NCBI RefSeq assembly: GCF_009914755.1
Contig: NC_060939.1
Source: the human T2T-CHM13v2.0 reference genome, Homo sapiens
Direction: 5' to 3' (one strand)
Length of the DNA: 64,000 nucleotides
The notes under the pieces were generated by a model. The model worked only from the letters and a program-made list of their open reading frames with translations. It was not told where the DNA came from and searched no databases. This document shows positions 13,391 through 25,602 of this stretch, one piece after another. The position numbers and the translations under genes are program-made. Position 1 is the first letter of the stretch. Every line of letters starts with the position of its first letter.

Positions 13391-14099
13391 CCCATTTTTC
13401 CTTCCTCATTTGCAATTTCAGAGTTTTCAAAGTTACAGGAGGCTTGCTAGTCATTAACATAGTGCTGAGGCAGAGATGGGGCACGGGAACTAGACCACCA
13501 GACCTTTCCTCCAGTGCCCAGCCCCAGCGGCCCCAGAGAACTGAAGAGTCCAAGCAATGTTGGAGAATAAATTGTGCTGTTGTAAAACAAAAGTATGAAA
13601 TGTTTTGTGATGTGGCTTGCTCTGTTTGGATGTAGAGAAGGTCTTTCAACTTGTCCCACATTTGCCAAAAATAAAGGATATGTAGAGCAACTGTGATTCC
13701 AGACCTTTTGGTATTCTGCCGTTGATTTCAGATATTTTATTGTGTTGCTGGACCCCTTCTTCCCCGTCCTCCCCTCCAAGTAATTTACTGGATGTTCCAA
13801 TATGTTAATAACCCCAAAACAGAGAGCTTCTCAGATCTGTAAATGGTGCAAAAAAATTATCTCTCAGCCCCTGGAAAATAATCATCCTTATATGGGATAA
13901 AACTTGCAAATGGGAACTTGAAAAATAGTCCTGTGCTCCTCTGTTGTGGTAGTTTGTTAGTAATCACACTACTTTGTGTGGTCATCACATAAAGTAAGAA
14001 GAATGGATCTTAGAGTTTGATTTCTTGTTCTTGGAAGCATTTTTAAATGTTTTTAAATTTACGTTTATTTTTTTACCAAACCTTCCCCAAAAGATACAT

Positions 14100-14252
14100 G
14101 TTTTCTATTTTTATTTATTTATTTTTTTTTTTTGTGGAGATGAGGGTCTCAGCATATTGCCCAGGCTGGTCTCAAACTCCTGGCCTCAAGCAGTCCTCCT
14201 GCCTTGGCCTCTTGAAGTGTTGGGATTACAGGCATGAGCCGCCATGCTTGGC
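14100..14252 (-). mobile_element. FLAM/AluJ left monomer
   Basis: Single antisense monomer ending ~95 nt upstream of exon 10. Confidence 0.85.
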
Positions 14253-14346
14253 GCTCTTGGCAATATTCTTTAAAGCTGTGACTGTTGCTACTGCTGTTGC
14301 TGCTTTGGTTTAGGACTCATTTGCTTTTTTCTCCTATTTGTGTTAG

Positions 14347-14452
14347 GTATCAGCAGTTGGAGGAGGCATCAGCCAGCCTCCGTGAGCGGATCAGACACCT
14401 AGATGACATGGTGCATTGCCAGCAGAAGAAAGTCAAGCAGATGGTCGAGGAG
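14347..14452 (+). CDS. MYZAP: MYZAP coding exon (probably 10), (R)YQQLEEASASLRERIRHLDDMVHCQQKKVKQMVEE
   Basis: Acceptor tttgtgttag|G, donor GAG|gtaagc; 106 nt, phase 2/0; completes the split AG+G Arg codon. Confidence 0.96.
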
Positions 14453-14817
14453 GTAAGCATCTGCAAAAGGTCACAGGCCTGGGATTGCTTCCTGTGGTGG
14501 GGAAGCATCCCCAGAACAAGTCTGCCTTGCCCCTCCATTTCCTGTGGCTCACAAGCCGAGGTGCTCAGGCCACTGCCATCTAGGCCCAGAGTGGGATTTC
14601 CCCACATGTCCCCCATGGACTGATGACGATGATGCCCCTAAAAGAGGGGTTTCCTCAGGTCAAAGGGTTACAGTTAAGAAAGCTGGAAAGTGCAGTTCAT
14701 AAGCTCACCCACTGTGAAAGGACAGTGATAGCCTGAGTGGGTACCCACAGCTCAGGGGACCCAAGGGGGTGATGGGCAGGGTGAATTTAGCCCAGGTCCC
14801 TGCACTGCCTCCACAGC

Positions 14818-15005
14818 CGTCTGTCTGTCTCTCTCTCTCTCTCTCAGCTACCATTCTTGTCCTTTATCGTTTTCTGGGTGTGTCTTTCATTCCCTTTCCT
14901 TGTCTGTTTCTCTCTTTTTTCTCCCTCCTTCCTCGTTCTCTTCTCCCACTCCTGCTTCTTCTTCCTTTTCCTTTGCCACCATCCTTTCTCTCCTAACTGT
15001 CTCTG
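14818..15005 (+). repeat. CT-rich low-complexity tract
   Basis: Direct reading. Confidence 0.8.
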
Positions 15006-15011
15006 TAACAG

Positions 15012-15079
15012 GAAACCAAGCTATACATTTACTGTTTGGGCATAGTTTACTATTCTCTTTTTTCTAAATGAGAAAACGG
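15012..15079 (+). other. Candidate alternative/poison exon in intron 10 (ETKLYIYCLGIVYYSLFSK*)
   Basis: ~160-nt AG-free pyrimidine tract, cctaac, taacag| acceptor, CGG|gtaagt donor; read in phase 0 after exon 10; no transcript evidence available here. Confidence 0.4.
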
Positions 15080-16260
15080 GTAAGTTGAACATTTCTATTT
15101 CTCTAAGAGGAACAAAATTTGTTTTAACTTGTGTCAATATAATCCGCCTCTCTTGTGGTGATGTTCCAAAGAAGAAAGTCCGTGCTCTGTAAAGCTAATC
15201 ACATATTATTGTAGTTTTCTTCTTGCTCAATTAAAAAATCCGATTGAAAAATCTGATAGAAAAAGAGCAGTTAGTACTAACAGGGTTATAAGAATTCCCT
15301 TGAGTCTAATTCTCTAACCTGCAAAGAAAAAAAAAGGTTTCAATTTAATCAAACATTTGGTTGGCAGTGGAAAAATGAAAACACATTTTCCTTATATTAA
15401 GTACTACTTTAAAAAGTTATGTTTTATTAATGAATTATTAAAATTAAAAGCATATCTACTTCTAAGAAATAATTCATGTACATGACAGACAAATGGAAGA
15501 TTAAAATATATCTATTTTATTAATCTCTAAGATATTGGGGATATTAATGTTGGGGAGTTAAGGTCAGAGAATTGTGAGTATGGGAAGGGACATCTTTTTT
15601 TATTGTGTGTAGGATAAACATACACATTAGATAAAAGTTTGTCCGCAAATGAGAAGTGCAGTTATACTGTGTTGAATCATGTACATCTTATATTGGTTCA
15701 CACACAAGTTTCTGGGGAGCAGTGGAATAGCAGAGGAGGCCACGCACGCATCTTTGCAATCGTTTTGTGCATCCAGGCAGGAGCACTGCCCATAACAGTA
15801 ATGCGGAGGGAGATCCTGCCCTATCGTCAACACTAGGTAGATGTCAGGAGTGTATTTTCCAAGGAAAAGCATCACTTTGCCACAGTTAGCATCTCAGTGA
15901 GCCTTGGCCGTCGGGGCATAGTTTTTCTGCTTTTGAATTTCACACGCACGAAGTCTGGGGCAAGGGCATCCCTTATTTTCCCCTATGCGAGTCTCTAACT
16001 GTGAGCACTACATTTCTCCCACCTCACCACAGGGGGGTGTCTGTGTCATTCTTGTATCTAATCGTTAGAGAACTATTGAACAAAACCTCATACTGGTTGG
16101 CTTCTGATTCACTTAAACCCTTACCTGTAAGAGGTTAAGGCTGTACCAGAATCAGAGACATTGTTTTTTTAAAAGACATTTTCAAAGAAGTTTAGAATTC
16201 TCTGTTTCCTAACTTACTTCCAGAATATAACAAACCTACCAATTTGAAGAGAGTGAAGGA

Positions 16261-16345
16261 GTACACATACGTACACACATATACATATGTGCATATGTAT
16301 ATGTGTATTTATACATGTGTATACATATGTATATGTGTGTGTGTA
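16261..16345. repeat. (CA/TA/TG)n degenerate microsatellite
   Basis: Direct reading. Confidence 0.8.
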
Positions 16346-18907
16346 GGGATGCATATAAAGATCACTGTCCATGCTTTGCTTTTTTCTACCTGTGATTTCA
16401 TATCTTCCAGATAAGCTTCTCTAAGCTTTGATGTGGTCTGTGGTCTGGAAGGCCCAGTCGTTGGAAAGAAATCACCAGCTAAAATTTAGGATGCCATCAG
16501 AGTTAGCACCCCCTAGGGGCTGGCTGGGTTTCCACAGTGAATGTAGACCACCACCACCACCAGCAACAAAAAGAGAGAGAGACACTTTTTATTCCTAATA
16601 ATTTTTACTGCCTGATTTAGAAAGTTTGTGTTTGCCCAGCATACTACATTAACTTACATAAGAAAAAAAGGATAGCCTAGAATCTCATTTGCTATAGCCA
16701 TTTATGTGAATATTTTTTTTAAAAGTTAGAAACATGGTCAAGGGGCATGGACAGGTGAGCACCTTCAGAAGAGCAAGACCAGGTTGGAAAGGAGTTGAGA
16801 ACCTGAGTAATTCAGGGAACTGGGGAAGACATGCCCAAGGAGAGATGGGAGCTGAATTCACATCTTAGAAAACATGAGGGAATATGTCTTTGTTTTGTAT
16901 TGTGAAGCAAGGCCAGGCCAGAACCACTGGGTGACACTTTCAAAGAGGCAAATTGCAGCTCTTCATTCACAACAAAGAAAACATTTCTAATACTGGCTGC
17001 ACTGGTAAGGCATTTAGCTCTTCATCATGGTTACGTTCTTTACAAAGTAAGAAGTTGATTTAGAAGTTCTCTAGTGTTCCTCCACAAATTCTGTGTTCTG
17101 TAACCTTAAAGACTGTGTGGAGGAAGTCTGGTAACTTCAGTTAAGTGTTCATCATATAAAGAATTCTCTATTGTTTACTATGCTGTGCCTGTTTTTGTGA
17201 GCTCAGCCTTATCATTATGTTGCATAATGAGCAAAATCAGCAAAGTCGTAACTAAATCACTTCAGATCACTTGGAGCAAATTTTGAAAAATCCGGAGTAC
17301 TGAATTGGTCACTTGTGAAATGAATCTTGAACTCTGACTCTAGAAGAGAAGTATGTTTTCATCTGTGAACTCCGGCTCCCCAGGCATATAGGCAGCCTTT
17401 AAGTGTAGCAGATGTTAAGGACCCTTTTTCTTCCCTCACATGGGTCTGGAAGCTCGTCTTCATCATAGCCTCACTTTCACCATGGATGGAAGTCTCGTCT
17501 CCATCCATTGTTGGTATCATTTTGGCCATAATGTCCATGAGGAAACTTAGTTTTTTTAAATGATGGGCTTCTTTTGTTTAGCTCAAAATGTCCAGGTGTC
17601 ACTACTGCGATCCTTGGGAATCCTTAAATGTTAAGCAACATGTTTCTTCTCACCTTAGTGGAGTATCATTTTATCATAGTAATAATAAATAATAAAAAGT
17701 AACTGGCCCAGGTTTTGTCATCCTTAGCTCATTAATGACTTGATTTCCATGGTGGGAGACAGTAGGACTTGTACTATGTAGGAAGGGCTCATGGTGGGGG
17801 TGAGCCCTTTTGAAATGAAGGATTAGTATATATCTTACGGTGTCAAGGTCATTGAGAAAAGATAATGCAAAACGTTTTCTGTGAAATGTGGAACCAAGTC
17901 CCTCTCACTAGGCTAGGGCTTTCTACTGAATTAAGTCTCCTGTCATGGATGTCAGGGGGTTGGGTATCTCCCCCATCACTAGTTCTTCCAGCTGATTCTG
18001 GCTTTGATAAAAATGAGAGAACAAAGCCAAAAAAGCCCCACGTGTGCCTCTTATAGCCGGAAAATATAGAAAAATGCCGAGGGATTGGAAAGAAAAAGCC
18101 CTCAAGGGGAAATTAATTCATTCATCCCTTCAGCAGATACCCACCAGCACCCGCTCCGTGCTGGGGCTGGGTACACAGTGGGGAGTCATGCAGACATGGG
18201 CCGTGCTGGCACGGATCATACCCACTGGTGTCACCCGAGTTCCAGGGTAGTCTTGCCTTTGGGTTTTATTATCCTGTTGAAAAGCTTTGTTGGGATTGGT
18301 CTTTGGTCCTGAATCAAGCTGCATTCTTTAGATTGCCAGGAAAGGCACTGGGAGAGCTGGGAGGAGTGTAAAAAGTAAGAGAGCATCCTGAGGCCCCCAC
18401 AGTGCCCCTCTGCTCACACATCTTTGAGTGTGACTTCTTCAGTCCACAGAGTCATTCACACCCTCTTTACCTGCTCTCACCATGGCTCTCCTGCTGCCAA
18501 CCAAAGCAGCTCTCCTGCCAAGGGGAAAGTGATCTTAAGGAAAAAATCAACTATTTGCCTTCCAAGAGGGTGGGTTTACATTTTTGCCAATGGGCAGGGA
18601 TATTGTTTAGCTGAATAAACAGTAATTTCTTAAGAGGTTTTTTTTTTGTTTTTTTTTTTTTTAAGCTATATCCCAGTGCAGCCATTAGGCATCCTTTCAT
18701 TTTGTCATGTCTTTCTTTTGATTTCCCTTTGCCATTTGTGATATAGGAAATGTTTCTTCCAACAGGGTCTGAAGGGAGTTTCTTTTCATTTGCAGAGGAG
18801 GCATTTTCTTTAGACTTCTTTTGCTGAAAGCAATTACACTCTACCCCACTTTGCTATAATTGAGATGTTTAATAAGTGCAAAGGTGCAAGGAATTGATTT
18901 TCTCATT

Positions 18908-19067
18908 AGTGCTTCTCCACCCAAGCTACACATTGGAATCACCTGGGGAGCTTTAAGACATGCCTGAACCTGGCAGATGGGATGGAGGCAGACTGAGCAT
19001 TGGGTTTTGTTTCGTTTTAAAAACTCTGCAAGTGATTCTAATATACAGCCAGGATTGAGAATCGCTG
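18908..19067. mobile_element. MER5A-like hAT-Charlie MITE
   Basis: agtgcttctc...cattggaatcacctggggagcttt...gtgattctaat...gattgagaatcgctg with terminal inverted ends. Confidence 0.8.
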
Positions 19068-19345
19068 TCCCGGATTCTCAGAGCGGTGGCCTGACTCTCC
19101 TTGCTGGGTTTCATGTTCATGCATTTGGCCAGCATCCCTCAGAAGCTCCTATGCCTGAGGTGGGAAGCTGCTGGTGAACTCAATAGGAAGGGCTCAACAG
19201 AAAGCAAGCCAGGGAGACAGTCACCAGGGACCAGGAGCACAGAAGTGAGAAAGCTGGTCCAAGTCTGTGACTCTCTGGGCACTGTCAGGGGACCTTCACT
19301 TCTTGCCAGCCCCTGGTCCTGGGAGGATTCTGTGACAGCTCACTC

Positions 19346-19672
19346 TTTTTTTATTTTTTATTTTGTTTTAGAGACAAAGTCTTGCCCTGTTGCTCAGGCT
19401 GGAGTGCAGTGGTGCAATCATACCTTCCTGCAGCCTCCAACTCCTGGGCTCAAGTGATCCTCCCCACTCAACCTCCCAAGTAGATCGACTATAGGCACGT
19501 GCACCCATGCCCAGCTAATTTTTGTATTACTGTTATTATTATTATTATTTTTTATAGAGACAGGGTTTCACTATGTTGTTCAGCTGGTCTTCCAACTCCT
19601 GGCCTCTAGCAATCTTCCCATCTTGGCCTCTCAGAGTGTTGGGATTACAGGCGTGAGCCACTACACCTGGCC
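19346..19672 (-). mobile_element. AluJ with degenerate TSD (tgacagctcactc / tgacagcctaatc)
   Basis: Antisense dimeric Alu with (tta)n expanded linker. Confidence 0.9.
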
Positions 19673-20364
19673 TGACAGCCTAATCTTAATAGCTGTACTG
19701 GCCTGGTGGTATCCAGATAATACAAACTTCCCAAAGGCTATTTAGACCCATCTAGAGAGATGTTACTAAGGTGGGAAGAGGTACGCTTGTTAAATAGATA
19801 ATAGAAACTTAAAGGGACAGAATCCAATCCACCTAAGTCCTTGAAAGCTGGACTACCACTAAGAGAGACTAAGGGTGATTCTCATGGATCCTCTTCCAAC
19901 TGTGCATGTATGCACGTGTCTGCCTCGCCCTGCTTTAAATTATTCACTTCTGTCTGTACAGAAGACGTTACACTTGGCCACATGGTACCCCTTTAGAAAG
20001 AGAAGGCAAAAACATCTTGGTTAAATAATTATATTAGCAATGACCACTTCTCAAATTCAAGGCAAAGCAGAATATTATTTGTGATTCCTAAGGAATGATT
20101 TTGAAAGTATTTAACGGTCATCTCTTAGATTTTTTTTAAAGAGTGATGCTGTAGTCATAATGCAGCAGTTCCTTGGGGGAAACAAACTGGATCAGGGAGA
20201 ATAACAGATGAGTAAGAACTCTTCAGAGAGTTGAGACTTTGAGTATCTGGCTCTCTAGCCAGTTGGCCAAACAAGGCTTTACATTACTAGTCCCTAAATC
20301 CACATGCATCTGCAGTTAGAGACCTTTATGTGTCTACAACAAAAGATGGCCTAGAAAAATAGCA

Positions 20365-20552
20365 ACAAGTATGGACTTTAGCATCAGACAAACCTGCCTT
20401 TGAAAAGTTATTAGTTTCCTTGTCTATAAAATAGGGTTAATAATAGTATCTACCCAATTTTTTGTAAGAGTTAAATGAGATGACATGTATAAAATGCACA
20501 GCATGTTAATTGGATCATAAGAAATAATAAATATTAGTGGCTGTTATTATTA
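20365..20552 (+). mobile_element. MIR
   Basis: ggactttagcatcagac...agtttccttgtctataaaatagggttaataatag...ttaaatgagatga. Confidence 0.7.
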
Positions 20553-21043
20553 CCACCTGTAAATGGGTTCGGCTGTGTATACCTAAAGTTAAGTGAACTA
20601 AAAGCAAAAGTAGCTATTGTTGATTTCCTGAGCAATGCACGGGGCTGCCCTTTATCTTTCCCTTTGGGAGTCTTGTTGGCCACATTCAATCTTTGGGTAT
20701 ACTTCTCTCTTCTCTTTTGTGCTCTGTGCTGTTTTCTAGCTTAGCCATCAATCTCTTCACAAGAATATTTATACAAAAAGCGATTTTTAAGATTTAAATT
20801 TGCTTCATCGCAAGTATCTGCCATTTTTACATGGTTCAGTCATTTGCTGGCACACAATTTAATTCAAAACTGTTGTGTGGTGTGCTGAAATGTGCAACAC
20901 ACGAAAGTACATTTTACTAAATGCCCTGTGTTTAGAGGATTTCAAGTACTTCTCATAATTGGTAATTAGCCAAATGGGGGTAGGGGAAAGGAGCCATAGC
21001 ACCAAGCCCACAAACCTAATCCACTCAATTGAACTGTCTCCAG

Positions 21044-21183
21044 ATCATGTCGCACGAGCTCTTCTCCAGATTTAGTCTCCGGCTCTTTGGAAGATGATAA
21101 GTTGGTAGCCTGCTCTGGGTTGGAAGCGATTCCTTTATTGTTCGTGATTAGAAGAACACTTGTACACTCTCTGCTGGGAAGAG
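21044..21183 (+). other. Candidate alternative exon in intron 10 (IMSHELFSRFSLRLFGR**)
   Basis: cctaat branch-like motif, tgtctccag| acceptor, phase 0, TGA TAA at 21095-21100, possible donor GAG|gtggta at 21184. Confidence 0.5.
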
Positions 21184-23399
21184 GTGGTATTTATCTATGA
21201 TGAGCCAATGAACAAAACAGGAAGGACATATTATTTAAAGGAAAATTTGACCATGTGGGGCTCTTGTTTGTGAAAACACCCACATACTGTCACCCTGACT
21301 TGTACAGCCTCAAACTGCAGAGTCAAGAGAACTCACAGATCCACAGAGTATTTTTAGGAACTTGAGTAGACATTGAAGAAGGAACTGCAATGAAAAAGGC
21401 TACTGAAAAACCATTCAGAAAGATCCAGGTGGAGGCTTGGAAGATGAATCCTTACTTATGGAAAAGCTGCCAAAGACATCTGCTAAGGAGATGGGAAGAG
21501 AGCTTGAAGAATGTTAGTGCTCTGGGAAGGAGGTGCTCCCACCAGATCACCCCCAAGAAAGTACAGGAGCAGCCAGGTATCCATGTGGTTTGGTTCTATT
21601 TGTATATGGGAGGTGGCCCTGAAGGTGTCCTTCCTGAATGGATATCAATACTCATCTTAGGACTCTTCTAAGAGGAGTTTAGCTTGCTTCTATCACCATC
21701 AGCATTTTGCCTGAATTGGTTCAACCAACTTCACGAAAAGGAGTGTATCTGATAAAGAGAAATCTATCTGGCTGAAATATGTTGAACTGAAACATCCTTC
21801 ATGTATGTTTTATTTTTATAGAGGTCTTTCTTGAGATTGCTGCAGGCATTGGTGTTTTATCAGAACATGGCAGTTTTGCTGAGAACTAGCAGTAGTAGCT
21901 GCAGTCATAGCAATGGGTGGCATGAGTCTACATAAGCTGGGAGATGGGGCTCGTGGAGTGAGTGCGTTCAGAGGCCCAGTGTCCCTCAGACGTTGGCTAG
22001 TTCTCCACTCCTATCACTCCTTCATGGCAAAGCAGGCATGAAGCTGCTTTCTTGCTAATATTTGCCTTTGCTTTCATTTAGATGCTTCTACCCAGCTTAA
22101 GCAAGGAGGGAGGGGATGGGAAAGAAGCAGATGAATACTTTTCCGCATTAGTTATTAACCATTAATATTGTTCACCTGTGCACGGTGCTGTGTTTAGACA
22201 CAGATCCCCAGATACGATGCTGGGTATTCAGACTTCCACTAGGGAGACAGAGGCAGATTTGAGAATCTCATCTGGATGTTAGCTTAGTGTTGTTACCTAC
22301 ACTGTTTTTTAGGGACGCCTTTATTGCTGTAATGTTTTTCTAAGTCTCTGGTGGAAAAGTCACTGGCATTTGTTCTAGCAGCATTGATTCATTGCCAAGT
22401 TTTAAAAAAGGAAATAATTAAGAGAATGCAATGACCTTTAGAGAAAACAGGTCACCCATGTAAGTCCTGCTTTCAGGGTGGTGTGCTTTCTTCTGCTTTT
22501 AGAGTTTCTTTTCTCTTTTGGGCTATGAACCGTACCTGGAGGCCAGGCAGGCCTTATTCTGGAGCAGATAGTGAGTGAGGTTCCTAGAGTACTGCATAGC
22601 CTGAGAGTGCCTCCTAAGTGGATGCCCTCCACACCTCCTGCACTTGGCCCTGGCCCTGGGTCCTAGGCTCATTGTTGATCTTCTTAGATCTGGGTTCCTT
22701 GCATTGCAGGACCTACCTCAGCCTGCTCTTGTCTGCCTTTGCTGATGCCCCTCAATTCACCTCTTTCCTGCCTGTACTGTGATATGGTGTGAACTTGACT
22801 TATACTGCTTGTGAAACCTGAGTCATGTGCTGAAATCCTGCCCCGCCACCGCATTCCTCCCTTAACTGGATCCTTAGCCTTGGACTCCAAGGCTACAGCT
22901 CTGTCTCGTGGCCACTCAAGCCCCACCCAAAGGAGGTGCTACTCAAAAGTTTGAGGCAGGAGTGATTTATCGTGAATGACAATGTTATAGTTTCTAATTC
23001 TAGTGTTTAGCATGGTATTATTCACTTATTTATTTTAAAATCTTAGACAATTTATCTAAAATGTCAATTTTTAGAAGGTATCAGCACAATTGTGGCAGCC
23101 TTTTTTCTGTATGTGTTATATGTATTATTTAAAAAAGCAGGTTCATTCTATGACAGGTATTGGTTTCGGTATTCACAATATAAATTGTCTTTTCAAGGGA
23201 AAGGATATTTTCTTTGGAAATGTCATTGAATCTATGTTCTCTTTATTGAAATTGTTCTAATTGACTTTGAACTGTTTCTCAGACACCTGGTGCCCAGTTT
23301 CTGGCCATAGAAACTATGTGAGGCTGAGTAATTCATGTTTTGGGTCACTACCAGTCACGAATGCTTCTCTCATTCCAAGGCTATGCATATGGATGTCAC

Positions 23400-23560
23400 A
23401 TTCCCATGTCAATCATCTCTGGAAGGTATTATTCGCCCAGTTTTTTAAGCATGGGAAACTGAGGCTTAGAGTCTTAAAAAATAAGTAGCTGGCAGTCTCT
23501 CAGCAAATAATGATGGTGCTGCACTACAGACCCAGATCTGTGACTCCAAAGTCAGCCTTT
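23400..23560 (-). mobile_element. MIR
   Basis: aggtattattcgcccagtttt...gggaaactgaggcttagag...ctgtgactccaaagtc. Confidence 0.7.
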
Positions 23561-23574
23561 GTTCTTTTCTTCTT

Positions 23575-24700
23575 GTTACTTTTAATTGGAAAAAAATTTA
23601 AATTGCAAAAAGTTGTAGAGTGATAAAAACAAAAATCCACGAATGCTCTTCTAGGATTAACAAATGTTGCCATTTTGGCACACTTGTTTCTGTTTTTTTT
23701 TTTTTTTTAAAGAAAAGAACACATCACAGATAAAGAAGAGGTTCTCTTTTTACCTGTCCCTGATTCTGTTCCTTTTCCTTCTTTCACCCTCTCTTCTTCT
23801 CAGAGGCAGTTTGGTCTCTAGGCCATGCCTTGATGATTTTACTGTGTATATATATATATAAAATTAGTATGTGGCTTAGTTTGTGTTTTAAATTTTACGT
23901 AAATTTTAATTTATAATATTAAAAATAAATTGTATTGTACATATTTTGCAACTTATTTCTCAGTTTTGTTTCTGCTGTTATTCCACATAGATCTGGATTA
24001 TTCATTTCAATGGCTAATATCCTTTTATTTGAATATATTGTAACTTATTTATCCTATTGATAGACATTTTTATTCTTTTACAAACAATACCAACATGTCT
24101 CCAGGCTTCTCTAACTAGGAAGTATACGTAAAGGAGGAATTGCTAGGGCATGGGATTGGCATAATTTCACCTTTTCTAGATATTGCCCAATCGCTGCCCA
24201 CAGTGCACATACCTTTCCACCAGTCACATGTGAGAGGGCAGATTTTCCAAATGCTCATCACCACTTGGCACTGTGTGGACTATAATTTTGGCCAGTTAGG
24301 AAATGGCATCTCATTGTTTTCATCTTAATTTGCGTCAGCCTGATTACTCATTGAAACTTGTGAGGTTGAGAAACTTTTCTTAAGCTTATTGGCCATTCAA
24401 GTTTCCTCCTTTATGAAATGGTTGTTCATGTCATTTGCTCATTTTTATATTAGATTGTTTTTCTTTTTTCCAGCTGACTTGTAGGAACTCTACATCTTAT
24501 CAATATTAATCATTTATCGAAAACTATTTGGGTGCCATTATCTTCTCCTAGTCAATGTTTTTTGTTTGTGATATCTTTTATAATATATAAGTTTTTAATG
24601 TTGGCAGAAGTAAAGTTAATCTTTTTGGCTGTGTTGTGTGTCTTGTTTGATGTAAAGATAGTTTCTGTAATAGTTTTGCAGTTTGATTGTTCATCTTTAG
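23575..24700 (-). mobile_element. Old L1M (ME/MC-like) fragments
   Basis: Antisense L1 3' region motifs (ggaattgctagg...ttaatttgc...ttattggccatt...tttgctcatttt). Confidence 0.65.
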
Positions 24701-24734
24701 GTCTTCAATTACAACCTGCACATCCATCCCCTCT

Positions 24735-24967
24735 ATCCTCTTTCTTACTCTGTTTTTCTCCATAGCACTTATCATCCAATAATATGTCATGCACTTTATT
24801 TATCTGTTTTGCATATATATTTTGTCTGTTACCTGTTTCCTTCCACTAGAATGTAAGTCCCATGAGGGCAGGGACTTGCATCTATTTTGTTTGTGGTTGT
24901 ATCTCTAACACCTGGGATAGTCACTGGCAAATGATAGTTGCTCAATAAATATTTGTTGGACAAATAA
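24735..24967 (+). mobile_element. L2 3' end
   Basis: ccactagaatgtaagtcccatgagggcagggact...gctcaataaatatttgttg. Confidence 0.8.
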
Positions 24968-25391
24968 TGATCCATGTAGAATTTATTTTTGTGTATCATA
25001 TGAATAGGACTCCTTTTATTTTTGGCTCACGGAAAGCTTGTTTCTCTAATAGCATTGCCGTACTGATTTTTTTCACGTCGCTTTCGTCAAGCTGGAGTTG
25101 TTTCCCCTGTGCCATTGTCTTTGAACAATCCTGTTTTCCTGCCCCTCTGCTGAAGACTGAAGGAAACTCATTCCTTGGGCTTAAGAGTGGGAATAAGGAT
25201 GAGGAGGAGCCAGGTACAATTTATGGGGAGCTTATGGGACAGTTGGTACACGTTTAAGAAGAGCCTCTTATGAGCATGAGTGCAAAAATGGACATGAGTT
25301 CCTGCTCTCAGAGGACCTTCTGGCTGACATTTAAACTCATTTGAACTTGAGGCAGAATGTCATAGGTGCTGGAAACACAGAAGCTGGGAAA

Positions 25392-25602
25392 CTTAGTGGT
25401 TAAGTTCATAGGCTTTGAGTAAATTCAGTCTGCTTTTGCATCCTGCCTCTGCTACTGACTAGGCTTTGTATCTTGAGCAAATTATCCAAGATTCAGTTTC
25501 CTTATCAATAATATGGGAATGGTCATAACATTACCTCCTCAAGTGGTAGTTATGAGGATTGACTGATGTGATGTGTGCTAAATGCTTAGCATAGTTCCTG
25601 CC
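25392..25602 (+). mobile_element. MIR
   Basis: agtggttaag...ctctgctact...ttgagcaaatta...cagtttccttatc. Confidence 0.7.

Noticed and set aside
17783-17809. 9-bp hairpin aagggctca/tgagccctt; similar 8-9 bp stems near 2673, 5540 and 17482
   Set aside because: Expected by chance in 64 kb; no supporting context
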